From an uncultured Gemmatimonadales bacterium (GTDB lineage Bacteria > Gemmatimonadota > Gemmatimonadetes > Gemmatimonadales > Gemmatimonadaceae): a stretch of 64,000 nt of DNA. Below, piece by piece: positions 21,605 through 32,169 of the stretch. The position numbers were made by a program, and so were the translations under genes. Every line of letters begins with the position of its first letter. The first letter of the stretch is position 1. Under the pieces are notes generated by a model. That model did no database searches, had not been told where the DNA came from, and worked only from the letters and a program-made list of their open reading frames with translations. The stretch covers positions 3,328,001 through 3,392,000 of the forward strand of contig CAWKMU010000003.1 of NCBI GenBank assembly GCA_963850905.1. Reading direction: 5' to 3'.

Positions 21605-23221
21605 GTGGAGACCAACGCTTCGAGGTGCAACGTGGCTCAGCTCAACCGTCACCTGACCGGCTGGACAGCCAGGGCTGTCCTGGCGGTAGCAACCGTGCTC
21701 GGCGTCGGCCTCATCGCTGCCCGAGAGCAACCCGATACGGCACAGTTGTTCGAGAAAGTCCTGGCCCGCATCAAGGCGTCGAGCATCGAGCCGCTGCCCG
21801 ATTCTGCCTTGTTTATCAAGGCCGCGCGCGGGCTCGTGCGGGAGCTCAACGACCCGTATGCCGACCTCTATTCACCCGCGCAACTCGCGGAGTTCAAGCG
21901 CAACGCCCTGGGCAATGACTACGCCGGCCTGGGCCTGGGGATCGAAGACCTCAACGACTCAGTCACGATCACCGCCGTGTTCCCGGGCACGCCCGCCATG
22001 GCCTCGGGCATTCAGCGCGGTGACCGGATCATCTCCGTGGACGGCACGCGCGTCGTCGGGTGGTCGACCGACAACGTCTCAACACGTCTCACCGGCGCGC
22101 CAGGCACGAAGGTCCAGATCACGCTGATCCGGGCTGGCGTCATGAGCCCGGTGTCAGTCCAAATGGCGCGAGCGGTGGTGCACGTTCCATCCGTCCCCTA
22201 CGCACTGCTCTTCGACGGGCACATCGGGTATGTGCCGCTGTTGCGCGTCAACGAGACGGCGACCGCCGAGATCCGATCGGCACTGAAGCAGCTTCGAGCG
22301 CACGGCGCGACGGCGTACGTGCTGGACCTCCGAGGCAATCCCGGCGGGCAACTCGATCAGGCACTGGACGCAAGCAGCCTCTTTCTCAACCAGGGGACGC
22401 TGCTCGCAACAGTCCGATCGCGCGCCCCGACACCGGAGACGTATCTGTCCGGTCAAATGGGTATCGAACGCAGCGCGCCCCTCGTGGTGCTCGAGGATGG
22501 GTATACGGCGTCCGCCGCCGAGATCATTGCCGGCGCATTGCAGGACCACGACCGCGCGCTCGTTATCGGGATGCCGTCGTTCGGAAAGGGACTCGTGCAG
22601 ACGATGATTCCCCTCGAGGACGGCTGGCTTCTCAAGATGACGACGGGCCGGTGGTACACGCCCAGCGGTCGGTCGATTCACCGGCCACGCCCATATGAAG
22701 ACGGCCACTTCGTGAGCGAGGACAGCGCGCCCCTGGGGCGCACCGCGGCCGAGATCCGCGCGGGACGCCCCGTCGTTCGGTCGGACGCTGGGCGGATCCT
22801 CTACGGCGGCGGTGGGATCGTGCCCGATGTCGTCGTGCCGATGGACACCTTGTCGAGCGCCCAGCAGCATCTCATGGCCGCCTTGCAGGCGCACGCGGGG
22901 ATGGCGCGCGCCATTCTCTACGCCGTGGCTCGCGACGTCAAGGCAACCGTCACAGCCCAGTTTACTCCGCAGGCCGAGTGGCGGGCAATGTACGTGGCCC
23001 GCCTGCGGATCGCCGGGATTACGCTCAACCCCGCCCTGATGGATTCAGCCGGCACGTTCGTGGATGACCTGATCGCAGAGCGGATCGCCAACATCGCGTT
23101 CGGCGATTCAGCCGCCTTCCGCCGCAGTGTCATCCACGACGCACAATTTCAGCGAGCGCTCGCACTGCTCGATCAAGCCCCCGACGTGCAGTCGTTGCTG
23201 GCGGCGAGTCAAGGCGATTGA
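21605..23221 (+). CDS. S41A carboxyl-terminal processing protease (PDZ + peptidase)
   Basis: LDLRGNPGG, TASAAEI, SFGKGLVQ, TTGRWYTPSGRSI; alternative start GTG 21632. Confidence 0.92.
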   Translation: METNASRCNVAQLNRHLTGWTARAVLAVATVLGVGLIAAREQPDTAQLFEKVLARIKASSIEPLPDSALFIKAARGLVRELNDPYADLYSPAQLAEFKRNALGNDYAGLGLGIEDLNDSVTITAVFPGTPAMASGIQRGDRIISVDGTRVVGWSTDNVSTRLTGAPGTKVQITLIRAGVMSPVSVQMARAVVHVPSVPYALLFDGHIGYVPLLRVNETATAEIRSALKQLRAHGATAYVLDLRGNPGGQLDQALDASSLFLNQGTLLATVRSRAPTPETYLSGQMGIERSAPLVVLEDGYTASAAEIIAGALQDHDRALVIGMPSFGKGLVQTMIPLEDGWLLKMTTGRWYTPSGRSIHRPRPYEDGHFVSEDSAPLGRTAAEIRAGRPVVRSDAGRILYGGGGIVPDVVVPMDTLSSAQQHLMAALQAHAGMARAILYAVARDVKATVTAQFTPQAEWRAMYVARLRIAGITLNPALMDSAGTFVDDLIAERIANIAFGDSAAFRRSVIHDAQFQRALALLDQAPDVQSLLAASQGD

Positions 23222-23299
23222 TCGGTGCGTGGATGCCGGAGGCCCTGATCCGCTTTGGACCGGTAGGAGCGACGCGTCGCCGGTCGGCCGGGCGTCTCG

Positions 23300-23983
23300 T
23301 TACGGGTGCGCAGGTGTGAAGGAGAGTCTCGAGAAGTAGCCGACCGTACCGGGACCGATCCACAGCCCGATCCGGCCGCTCCCAGAACCCAGCTTGAGAT
23401 CGTTCACGACGAGGCAGGGCTGCGGCGCGTCGTCGACGTAGAGCTGCGCGCGCGTGCCATCCACGACGATGCGCATCTTGGTCCACACGCCGGGCTGGAG
23501 GTCCGCATAGGACTCGTACTGGCCGGGCGTATCGTGACGCAGCCGGTCCCACGGATAATCCGGTATGGACTCGTACTGGATCGCGTGGTTGCGCCGCAGC
23601 TGCTGTGGCGCGCGTCCGTTCGTCGGGCGTAGGTAAATGTTCTCGAAGTGTGAAGCGTCCGAGTCAGTGTGAAAGGCCAGCCCCACGAATCCGCGCGCCG
23701 ACGTGTCCGCGTCGCTCGCGAGGGTGCTCGCCACCATCAGCTCGATCGTGCCCGCCCCGAACGCCGCGCCGTCGATCAGCGCGAGGTTCACGAGCCCTAC
23801 TTCCGAGTCGGGCCGCGGCGCGACCGTCAACCGCACGGCTTCCCGTCCTTTGTAGCTGACGGCGGCAGCCCTCACCCCAACGAGCGTGAGCCCTGTGGTC
23901 GAGTTGAGCGGGATGACGACCCCTGGGCCGGGTGTGATCGCCAGGAGAGCGGTGAGACCGAAGATGGCGCGATGGGAGGTCAT
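23300..23983 (-). CDS. Secreted ConA-like/DUF1080-type beta-sandwich protein
   Basis: Signal peptide; RGFVGLAF, IYLRPTNG, LYVD..PCL, GRIGLW, YFSRL beta pattern. Confidence 0.65.
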   Translation of the reverse strand: MTSHRAIFGLTALLAITPGPGVVIPLNSTTGLTLVGVRAAAVSYKGREAVRLTVAPRPDSEVGLVNLALIDGAAFGAGTIELMVASTLASDADTSARGFVGLAFHTDSDASHFENIYLRPTNGRAPQQLRRNHAIQYESIPDYPWDRLRHDTPGQYESYADLQPGVWTKMRIVVDGTRAQLYVDDAPQPCLVVNDLKLGSGSGRIGLWIGPGTVGYFSRLSFTPAHP

Positions 23984-24065
23984 TCTGCCTCGCCGTGCGG
24001 GCAACAGTGAACGGGACTCACACGGTTGGTCACCCGTCGCGCCCTAAACGCTGCCACGTCCCTTG

Positions 24066-24341
24066 TTAGTTGTGCTTCGGCTTCCCGTCGGCCGTGGCGT
24101 GGGTGCTCCACCAGGCCGGCGACCCGATCAAGTTGGGGTCTTGTTGCGCTTTGAGCATCGCCGGTGTGACGACCGTCGTGCTGATGACCGTTCCCGTCGA
24201 GCTCGTGACCGTCGTTCGCGTCGCTTGCGCGCCCGCAGACGTCGCCGGCTGGGTGGTGGGCGCGGTCGAGCCTTGCTGAGCGAGCGCGACCGCGGGGAAT
24301 GCTCCAATGGCGCCGACGATCACTAACAGTTTGATACCCAT
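24066..24341 (-). CDS. Small secreted Thr-rich hypothetical protein
   Basis: GGAGG RBS; signal peptide ending ALA-QQ; C-terminal IGSPAWW motif. Confidence 0.6.
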   Translation of the reverse strand: MGIKLLVIVGAIGAFPAVALAQQGSTAPTTQPATSAGAQATRTTVTSSTGTVISTTVVTPAMLKAQQDPNLIGSPAWWSTHATADGKPKHN

Positions 24342-24358
24342 GCGTTCCTCCAACATCG

Positions 24359-25390
24359 TTAGACGTGGCTTGGTCGTCCCTTTACGCCGCTATGGCTCGA
24401 CGCCCTGGGCCCGAGACTTCGCAAACCATGCACCAGGAACCTGGCGACGGATCGCGCACCGGGCATTGAGGGCTGGGCTCCGGCACGAGTGACTGCGAGC
24501 GCGGCGACCGCCGACCCGTAGCGCACCGCGGCGTCGAGCGACTGGCCGCGCGACAGGGCGACGGCGAGTCCGGCGTTGAAGGCGTCGCCCGCCGCGGTGG
24601 TGTCGACCACGCGGACACGATAGGCGGGGTGCGCGCGGCTGACGCCGGCTGCGTCCGCCACGCAGCACCCGCGGTGCCCGAGGGTGACGATGACGTTCCG
24701 CGCACCGCGATTCCGCAGTTGCTCGGCCATCTCACGCCCGGCCCGCATGTCGATCGAGCCACCCGTGCCCGAGGCGCCACCACACAGCGCGACGGCTTCG
24801 GATTCGTTTGGCGTGAGCCAAGTCACGCGTTCGAAGATCCGGCGCGGCAGCGGACGGGCCGGTGCCGGATCGAGCATGACGCTCACGCCCGCGCGCGCTG
24901 CGAGCTCGACGACGGCGAGCACGGTCTCGAGCGGAATCTCGAGCTGCAGGAGCACCATCGTGGCCGACTGCACCAGGTGCCGGTGCCGCGCGATGTCGGC
25001 CGGCGTGAGCCGAGCATTCGCGCCCGGGGTCACGACGATGCTGTTCTGCCCCTGACGATCCCTGCTGATCAGGGCCATCCCGGACGGCACCCCCCGGGTA
25101 GACATGGTGGCCTGCACATCGACGCCGCGGCGCGCGAGCGCCGCGCTCAGGCGGGCGCCGGCCTCGTCGGCGCCGACGCGCCCGATCAGACTGACCGGGT
25201 GACCGAGCCGCGCGACGCCAACGGCCTGGTTGGCGCCCTTGCCACCTTCGAACAGCGTGACATCTCCGCCCAGCACCGTCTCACCCGGCCGCGGGATGCT
25301 GTCGACGCGTGACACGATATCGAGATTGATACTGCCCACGACCACGATCCGGCGCGCTCGCGTCTGTCGTGGTTTCACGGCCGGCTCCAT
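24359..25390 (-). CDS. rbsK: Ribokinase
   Basis: VVGSINLD, GGKGANQA, LQLEIP, TPNESE, DTTAAGDAFN (PfkB signatures). Confidence 0.9.
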   Translation of the reverse strand: MEPAVKPRQTRARRIVVVGSINLDIVSRVDSIPRPGETVLGGDVTLFEGGKGANQAVGVARLGHPVSLIGRVGADEAGARLSAALARRGVDVQATMSTRGVPSGMALISRDRQGQNSIVVTPGANARLTPADIARHRHLVQSATMVLLQLEIPLETVLAVVELAARAGVSVMLDPAPARPLPRRIFERVTWLTPNESEAVALCGGASGTGGSIDMRAGREMAEQLRNRGARNVIVTLGHRGCCVADAAGVSRAHPAYRVRVVDTTAAGDAFNAGLAVALSRGQSLDAAVRYGSAVAALAVTRAGAQPSMPGARSVARFLVHGLRSLGPRASSHSGVKGRPSHV

Positions 25391-26379
25391 CGTACGACTG
25401 GCGCGATGGCCACGAGCGCAAGTCCCGCGACGAAGCAGACGAACATCCAGACGACCAAACGCCGGGCCGCGGCCGGGGCACCTCGGAATTCATGCCAGAC
25501 GAAGACTCCCCAGATGGCCGACACCAACGTCGCGCCCTGTCCGATCGCATAGGAGATCGCCGGGCCCACGATCTGCGCGCGCGCCGCCACGAAGTTGAAC
25601 ACCGTGCCCGTGCACCAGATGGCGCCGCCGACGATGCCGGCGATGTGCCACGCCCGGCGGCCGCCCGCATAGTCCTGCATGGTGAGGGGCGGGCCCGAGG
25701 TGATCGGGTGTCGCATCAGCAAGTAATTCACCGGCACGGCGCACAGCAGCACACCCAGCGCGAAGACCAGGGCAACAGCATAGGGACCGAGCCCGTTCGG
25801 GCCCGTGCTGGCACGGGTGACGAAGGGATAGAAGAGGCCCATGAGCACACCGCACGCCAGGCTGACCACGATCGCGCGGACGCTCAGGGCAGGGTGCGCC
25901 GTCTCCTTGCGGCGATAGGCCGCGGCGTCGAGCACGATGGCAAGCCCAATCAGCGCGACACCGCCGAACAGGAGGAGCGGATTCCCCTGCGGGGCGAGCG
26001 CGTAGTTCAACAGCACCCCGACGACGAGCGCGAGACCAATGCCGATGGGAAACGCGACGGCGAGACCCGCGAGCTCGATCGCTGCGACCAGGAGCAGGTT
26101 CGCGATGTTGAAGATCGCGCCGGCTGCGAGCGCGTTCGCCACGCTTCCCGCACGTGCCTGCATCAAATTGGCGACGAAACGCTCCGCGCTCTGGTCCGTG
26201 CTGCCCAGCGTGAATCCCCACAGCAGGCTCGCGAGCAGGATGCCGGCGACGTAGTCCCAGTAGTAGAGCTGAAACCGCCACCCTGGTGCGAGCTTCATGG
26301 TGTTGGCCCATGAGCCCCAGCACATCATGCTGGTGAGCATAAAGGCGAGTACAACGGCGTAGGCCTGGGGTTGGTACAC
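25375..26379 (-). CDS. DMT-superfamily GRP/ureide-permease-like transporter
   Basis: MCWGSWANT, QLYYWDY, ISYAIGQ, WGVFVW.EF; about 10 TM segments; overlaps rbsK. Confidence 0.8.
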   Translation of the reverse strand: MYQPQAYAVVLAFMLTSMMCWGSWANTMKLAPGWRFQLYYWDYVAGILLASLLWGFTLGSTDQSAERFVANLMQARAGSVANALAAGAIFNIANLLLVAAIELAGLAVAFPIGIGLALVVGVLLNYALAPQGNPLLLFGGVALIGLAIVLDAAAYRRKETAHPALSVRAIVVSLACGVLMGLFYPFVTRASTGPNGLGPYAVALVFALGVLLCAVPVNYLLMRHPITSGPPLTMQDYAGGRRAWHIAGIVGGAIWCTGTVFNFVAARAQIVGPAISYAIGQGATLVSAIWGVFVWHEFRGAPAAARRLVVWMFVCFVAGLALVAIAPVVRWSRP

Positions 26380-26473
26380 GGTCCGATTCGTCTTGGGGGG
26401 AGCGACGTGCCGCGTTAGAACCGAGGGACCGCGCGCCGACCTGTCAAGACATCCGGCGCGGTCTCCTCACGTA

Positions 26474-27283
26474 CTACTTTCGGACGGCGACCCGCTCGGG
26501 CACGTCGGCGCCCGCCGCAAACCGGTCCACCCGCACCGGTGGCCACACGGCAACATCCAGCCGCTCGGCGTAGGCCAGGCGAGGCTCCTGCCCGGGAAGC
26601 GTGATCCCCGCCGCGAGCGCCATGCTGTTGGCGTCGATCTCGACCTCCGCCGGTTGGAGGGGCCACGGCACGTGATGGATCTCCGCGCGATAGAGGCGCT
26701 GCGCCCAGTCCATCGCGTACAGGCAATACCGCTCCGTGAGCCAATGATCGAGGGACCCCGGCGCACTGTGCGACACGGGACCGGTCGGGCGGTATCGTCC
26801 GTGAAATACGGCCGGCGGTGCCATGCGCTCCTGGCGGCGCGACTCGTAGGCGATCATCCCATCGGCTTCGGCCCGGAGTCGCATCGCCGCGCGCTGGTAG
26901 GGCAGGTGGTAGAGGGCCCGCGCCGCCCGCACCGCGATCGCGCTCGAGGCATCGAGACTGAAGAAGTAGACCCCGGGCTTGCCGTTGAGCGTCACGTAGG
27001 TGCGCACGTTGAGCTCGAGGAACGACGAGACGCCGGGCAGCGGCGGACCGAGATGCGGTCGGAGCGCATCGAGCGAGAATGGCGTGACGGACACCCACGC
27101 CGAACCCTCGCGGACATCGACCGCGAGCGTGCTCGGAACCAGCGCGCGCATCGTCGCCACGGGGACCGGCCAATGGGCGAACAGCAGCGTGTTCCACCGC
27201 TGCGCCATGACCCAGGGCCCAGTCGGCAGTGCCCACGGCCGATGGGCCACGACCCCCATGACGTCTTTGAGAGAGCCGACCAC
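26474..27283 (-). CDS. YqjF/DUF2071 family protein
   Basis: QRW..LLFAHW, ELNVRTYV, GVYFFSLDA, WLTERYCLY, IHH.PW. Confidence 0.9.
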   Translation of the reverse strand: MVGSLKDVMGVVAHRPWALPTGPWVMAQRWNTLLFAHWPVPVATMRALVPSTLAVDVREGSAWVSVTPFSLDALRPHLGPPLPGVSSFLELNVRTYVTLNGKPGVYFFSLDASSAIAVRAARALYHLPYQRAAMRLRAEADGMIAYESRRQERMAPPAVFHGRYRPTGPVSHSAPGSLDHWLTERYCLYAMDWAQRLYRAEIHHVPWPLQPAEVEIDANSMALAAGITLPGQEPRLAYAERLDVAVWPPVRVDRFAAGADVPERVAVRK

Positions 27284-27448
27284 GCCGTCCTCGCGAGAGA
27301 GGGCCGCGTCCGCGTCGCCTCGCGCGTGAGCCGCGAGGTGGCGGAGGGCCGCGCGCCGCTTACTGACAACTAGTGCCTCGCGCTCCTTTCTGCCAGAGTG
27401 CCAACGCCGCCTTCAGCATCAAGGCGCCTCGACACCTGCGAGCGGTCG

Positions 27449-27718
27449 TCAGGAGGGCGCCCCGTGCGGCGCGTCGGGCCTGCCGAGCGCGATGTAGGTC
27501 TCGTCATACCACCGGCGGATGCGCACCATGAGCCGCCCATTGGACTCCTCCGGCTCGGCTCGTCCGAACTCGTGCAGTCCGCGAACTCCGACGATCCGGA
27601 CATAGACGTCCTGCGCCCGACCGCGGGCGGGCGTCGTCGTCGCATCAGGCTCTGTGTCATCGCTCACGACGCTGAAGGTGCGTCCCGCGTGCGGAAATGT
27701 GAACGGAAACGTGGCCAT
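27449..27718 (-). CDS. Small hypothetical protein (89 aa)
   Basis: GAGGAGG RBS before ATG 27718 inside ORF 27449-27955; protein-like composition (MATFPFTFPHAGRTFSVV...). Confidence 0.5.
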   Translation of the reverse strand: MATFPFTFPHAGRTFSVVSDDTEPDATTTPARGRAQDVYVRIVGVRGLHEFGRAEPEESNGRLMVRIRRWYDETYIALGRPDAPHGAPS

Positions 27719-28004
27719 CCCGGCCTCCTCACCACGACGCAATGTTCGGTGTCTCTTCGGGTGCCGAAAGATACGCCGATTGCGCCGGACGCGATAGGGT
27801 CGGCGCGATTGCGCGGAGGCGCCGCGCTCGAGCGTGGCCGCCTGGTCGCACTCGAAAGCACGCGAGATCGTGGTGGCCAAACGCTTGTCGAACAGGATGT
27901 TGTTGTGGCGCCTTCGAGCGCTGCCTACGCGATGTGGAGCTACCCGGTGCCGCAATAAATGTGATATCGCCGGTCAGTCTCGAGCGCGTTGCGAATCGCG
28001 CGGC

Positions 28005-29342
28005 TCACGCGGCCGCGACCGCGCGCTCGGCCAGCAGGCGCCGCATCGCGTCAAGCGTCCGCCAGTAGACGTCCTCCATCAACAGGTGCGAGAACTCGCC
28101 GTTGCGACCGATGCTGACGAGCCCGGACACGCCGGTCGTGCGCGCGAATCGCACCCGCGCCTCCTCGTACGCACGCAGATACACCGGGTAGGCAATCGCC
28201 GAGCGCATGACCCGACATCCGAGGTAGCGCTCGCGCACGCCTGGGATCCACTCGAGATAGTCGAGGCACCGCGCACCGAGCTCCTCGTCCGAGGCGCGCC
28301 AGATCTCGTCGCCCACCGTGCATCCGAGATCGGCGGTGATCAGGGTCTTCCCAGGTGGGGCGAGCCACGGCATGGACAGCGGCGTCTCGGTCAGCCGGAA
28401 GAACGGCGCCCCATCCTCCGGCGTCCAGAGCATCGTGTCGGGGAGCAGTCCGCGCCCCTCGAGCCGCAGATTCACGAACACCATCGGCCGGTACTTGAAG
28501 CTCGCCAACGGCTCCAGCGCGTCACTGCCACTCACGAGCCGCGGCAGCACGTGCACCGGTGCGGTGCTCACCACCGCGGACGCGGGATACTCCCGCCCGC
28601 CCGCGCGCACCCCGACGACCCGGCCGCGATCGACGAGGACTTGCTGCACCGGGGTGTTGAGCTCGATGCAGTGCTCGATCGGCTCGAGCAACCGCTCGCA
28701 GAGCACCGACACGCCACCCACTGGATACACGTGCCACACGTGCGGCGATTCGGGCATTTCCCGACTGTACCCGATCGCGACGGCGCGATGCGTCAGGCGT
28801 CCGTCGAGCTTGAGCAGCAGCGTATGCCCAATGCTGTGCGGGAACGCTTCCACGACCGACGGGGCGAGGTCGTCGGCCGCGGCACCCGACCATGCCTCCA
28901 GCAACGGAATCGCCACGCGGTCGGCTAGGGCGTCCCCGTAGCGGAGACGAAAGACCTCGCCCGCAGACTGGGGCCGGCGGCGCTCATCGACCACGGCGCG
29001 ACGCCGGATCGCGCTGAGCACGAAATCGGGACGGCGCATGAGGCCGAATGGGTACGCATACGTGTGCCCGCCGAGCCGCACCGACTCACCGTAGTGCTCG
29101 ACCGTTCGACACTGTGCACCCACGCCGATCGCTGCCGCGAGGCGGTTCGTGATGAAGTGGGCGCCAAAGTCGTACGTGAAGCCGTCCGCGTCACGTTCCG
29201 TGGCCGCGAGCCCGGCGATGCGCGCACCGGCCTCGAACACTCGTACGGCGATGCCGCGTCGCCGGAGGTAGGACGCGGCCGTCAGTCCGGCGAGCCCGGC
29301 ACCGATGACGACGACGGGCGCGCGATTTCCGAAGTCAGCCAT
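28005..29342 (-). CDS. FAD-dependent oxidoreductase (HemY/UDP-galactopyranose mutase-like fold)
   Basis: VIGAGLAGL, FDxGAH-like YDFGAH, YPVGG, AYPVY, IGRNGEF. Confidence 0.85.
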   Translation of the reverse strand: MADFGNRAPVVVIGAGLAGLTAASYLRRRGIAVRVFEAGARIAGLAATERDADGFTYDFGAHFITNRLAAAIGVGAQCRTVEHYGESVRLGGHTYAYPFGLMRRPDFVLSAIRRRAVVDERRRPQSAGEVFRLRYGDALADRVAIPLLEAWSGAAADDLAPSVVEAFPHSIGHTLLLKLDGRLTHRAVAIGYSREMPESPHVWHVYPVGGVSVLCERLLEPIEHCIELNTPVQQVLVDRGRVVGVRAGGREYPASAVVSTAPVHVLPRLVSGSDALEPLASFKYRPMVFVNLRLEGRGLLPDTMLWTPEDGAPFFRLTETPLSMPWLAPPGKTLITADLGCTVGDEIWRASDEELGARCLDYLEWIPGVRERYLGCRVMRSAIAYPVYLRAYEEARVRFARTTGVSGLVSIGRNGEFSHLLMEDVYWRTLDAMRRLLAERAVAAA

Positions 29343-30465
29343 GTACAGTCACTCGCCGCTCGCCGGGCGTGTACCTCGGTGCAGGACCCGCGACCGCGCC
29401 GCCAGCCGGCTCCTCGAGCGGGAACGCCGCCCTGCGCTCAGCCGGGCGACGAAACACGGCGCGCAAGAGTGCGCCCGTCCCGCACCACTGGTGGATCGTG
29501 TCGAACAGGGTGAAAACGGCCAGCCCGATCGGTGACGAGAGGCTGAAGCGGTCGATCAGCCACTGCGGCGCGCGCCAGTCAACGAGCGTGTTGCGAATCG
29601 AGTACACCCAGTTGACCGGGCTCACGACCGTCTTGATGGAATCGACCTCGAGGCCGGCTCGCGCGGCGAGGGTGGCGAGCGTCGCCCGGTTGAAGAGGTT
29701 GAAGTGCCGCGGGAAGTGGTAGCCACCCCAGTGCCGGCCGCCGAAGATCGCGAAGTCCAGCGTGGCCGTATTGTCGGTGACGATCACGACACGACCGCCC
29801 GGCTTGAGGAGTTGGCGCACCGCCTTGAGCACGCCTGGCGGATCATCGACGTGCTCAATGGTGGCAATCAGCAGCACGAGGTCGTACGAGCCGCCCGCCA
29901 GGCGAACCGTCTCGACCGTGCCCTGATGCACTGCGAGCCCGCTGTGCCGCGCGGCCTCGACCGCGCGCGGGCTGGCATCGACACCTTCGAGCGACCACGT
30001 CGACAGCCCGAAATCGCGAAGCAGCCGGAGGTGGAATCCATCCCCGCATCCGACATCGAGAATGCGCGCGTCGGGCGGCAGACCCTTGCACCACTGCATC
30101 GCACGACGCGCTTCGAGTTGGCGTCGCACGCGGTACACAAAACCGTAGCGCTCAGGCGAGAAATCGAATGCGTGATAGTTCGCTGGATAGATGCGTGCGA
30201 GCTCGCTCGGCGCCGGTCGCGGATCCAGATAGACGAGGCCGCAGTCGCGGCATCGCATCGCGAGGAAGCTGTCGGGGCTCGTCCGATACTCAAAATCCTC
30301 GCCGACTCCGACCGGTTGCCCGTTGGTCGCGCCGCAAACGCAACAGGGCACGTGCATGAGAACGAGCGGCTGATGTGCATCACTCGACTCAAACTCGCGG
30401 GGAGCGCGACCGGGCGTGGGTGCCGTCGCACTCACGACGGCCTCACCAAACCTGGGGACTGCCAT
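29335..30465 (-). CDS. Class I SAM methyltransferase with N-terminal Zn ribbon
   Basis: CCVC...CRDC, ILDVGCGDG, IEHV, HFNLF. Confidence 0.85.
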   Translation of the reverse strand: MAVPRFGEAVVSATAPTPGRAPREFESSDAHQPLVLMHVPCCVCGATNGQPVGVGEDFEYRTSPDSFLAMRCRDCGLVYLDPRPAPSELARIYPANYHAFDFSPERYGFVYRVRRQLEARRAMQWCKGLPPDARILDVGCGDGFHLRLLRDFGLSTWSLEGVDASPRAVEAARHSGLAVHQGTVETVRLAGGSYDLVLLIATIEHVDDPPGVLKAVRQLLKPGGRVVIVTDNTATLDFAIFGGRHWGGYHFPRHFNLFNRATLATLAARAGLEVDSIKTVVSPVNWVYSIRNTLVDWRAPQWLIDRFSLSSPIGLAVFTLFDTIHQWCGTGALLRAVFRRPAERRAAFPLEEPAGGAVAGPAPRYTPGERRVTVHG

Positions 30466-30504
30466 GCGGCGATTCGACTCACCAAAAGTGTCGAATGGTC
30501 GTTT

Positions 30505-30520
30505 AGCAACTCACGCGCCA
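30505..30520 (-). promoter_or_regulatory. Candidate sigma54 (-24/-12) promoter
   Basis: TGGCGCGTGAGTTGCT with GG-N10-GC spacing, about 40 bp upstream of ATG 30465. Confidence 0.6.
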
Positions 30521-30797
30521 CATCCGTTGTCGGGGCCGCCGGAGCGGCGAACGGATCACACCTTGGTGCTACGCGCCGACATCCCCGGTGCGGGCTGGGC
30601 GACGCGCTGGGCCTCGGCGCCCGGGATGACATCTCGCGGACACACCACGTGGTCACCGCGTCACTCCTGGCGGCCGCTTGCGTCCGGCAGCGCCCGGCGC
30701 GTACTTACAGTGTTGCCCGCGGTCTGCGCGCGTTGCGTCCGCGACAGCGGGCGTGCTGTCCTTCGCTCAATCGATCGGACCCCTTACATACCGTTCC

Positions 30798-31463
30798 ATG
30801 CCAGCAACCGGCGCAGCCGCACGGCCGCCCCTTCTTGTCGACGAAGAATCGTTGTTCGATTGGATGCAGCTCCACATCAAAGAGCTGCTCATTGCACTCT
30901 TGATCGTCATCATCGCTGCCGGAGGCGTGTTTCTCTACCGGTCCGCGTCCGCGACTCAGGCGGCACAGGCCGAACAGGCGCTGGTCGGGCCGGAGCAGTC
31001 GTTGCAAGCGGGCAACCTACCCCTTGCTCAGTCCGATCTGCGCCGCGTCATGACGCGCTACGCGAACACGCCCGCCGCCGCGCAGGCGGCGATGCTGTTG
31101 GCCGACACATACTACCGGCAAGGGAAGTACGTTGAGGGCGTGGCGGCACTGCAACAAGCATCGACGAGCGGGGCAGCCAAGCCCTTCGGCGCGTCGATCG
31201 AGCGACTGATGGCGGACGGCTATATCCAGCAGGGCAAGCCGAAGGAGGCCGCGGCACATCTCGTCGCCGCTGCGAGTAGGACGCCGTATCCGACGGAGCA
31301 AGCGCGGCTGCGCGCAAGCGCCGCTCGAGCGTACGCGAGCGCCGGCGACACGGCGGCCGCCGTGTCGATCTGGCGATCGTTGCTCGACCAGTCGAAGAAC
31401 GGCGAGGCCAGCGAAGCCCAGCTCATGCTCGGAGAGCTCACGGTCAAAGCCGCCAAGCCCTAG
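30798..31463 (+). CDS. YfgM-like membrane-anchored TPR protein
   Basis: EESLFDW followed by one TM helix, then TPR-like helices (RYANTPAAAQAAMLLA). Confidence 0.75.
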   Translation: MPATGAAARPPLLVDEESLFDWMQLHIKELLIALLIVIIAAGGVFLYRSASATQAAQAEQALVGPEQSLQAGNLPLAQSDLRRVMTRYANTPAAAQAAMLLADTYYRQGKYVEGVAALQQASTSGAAKPFGASIERLMADGYIQQGKPKEAAAHLVAAASRTPYPTEQARLRASAARAYASAGDTAAAVSIWRSLLDQSKNGEASEAQLMLGELTVKAAKP

Positions 31464-31500
31464 CCGCGGTGCCGCGCGCAGCGACGCCAGCGCGCGCGCG

Positions 31501-32169
31501 ATGAACGTCGCGCTCTTCGGCGCCACGGGCATGGTGGGGCAGGGGGTCCTGCGCGAGTGTCTCGCCGACCCCCAGGTGGTGAGCGTCCTCGCGGTCGGCC
31601 GCAGCTCGACAGGCCGGCAGGACGCGAAGCTGCACGAGCAGGTGCAGAGCGACATCGCGGCGCTGTCGTCCGTGCAATCCGAGATCGCCCGGGTCGACGC
31701 CGCGTTCTTCTGCGTCGGCGTCTCATCGCTCGGGATGAGCGAAGCCGCCTACACCCGCCTCACGTACGACCTCACGCTTGCGGTTGCCCGCGCGCTGGTC
31801 GCCGTTCGAGCTGACATGACGTTCGTGTACGTATCGGGAACGGGAACGGACACGAGCGAACACGGTCGAGCAATGTGGGCGCGCGTCAAGGGGCGGACAG
31901 AGAACGCCCTCCTCGCGCTCCCGTTCAGAGCCGCCTACATGTTTCGCCCCAGTCTGATCGTGCCCGGGCCCGGGATCCAGTCGCGGACAATGTGGTATCG
32001 GCTGCTGTACGCGGTGACGCGGCCGCTGTGGCCCGCCGTCCAGCGGGCGTTCCCGGACAGCGTGACGACCAGTGAGCATCTGGGACGCGCCATGCTGGCG
32101 GTGGCGAGCCGCGGTTACCCCAAGCGAGTGCTCGAGACACGCGACATTAACAACGTGAGCAGCGGATGA
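31501..32169 (+). CDS. NAD(P)-binding atypical SDR/epimerase
   Basis: FGATGMVGQG, YVSG.G, WARVKG.TE, YMFRP. Confidence 0.85.
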   Translation: MNVALFGATGMVGQGVLRECLADPQVVSVLAVGRSSTGRQDAKLHEQVQSDIAALSSVQSEIARVDAAFFCVGVSSLGMSEAAYTRLTYDLTLAVARALVAVRADMTFVYVSGTGTDTSEHGRAMWARVKGRTENALLALPFRAAYMFRPSLIVPGPGIQSRTMWYRLLYAVTRPLWPAVQRAFPDSVTTSEHLGRAMLAVASRGYPKRVLETRDINNVSSG

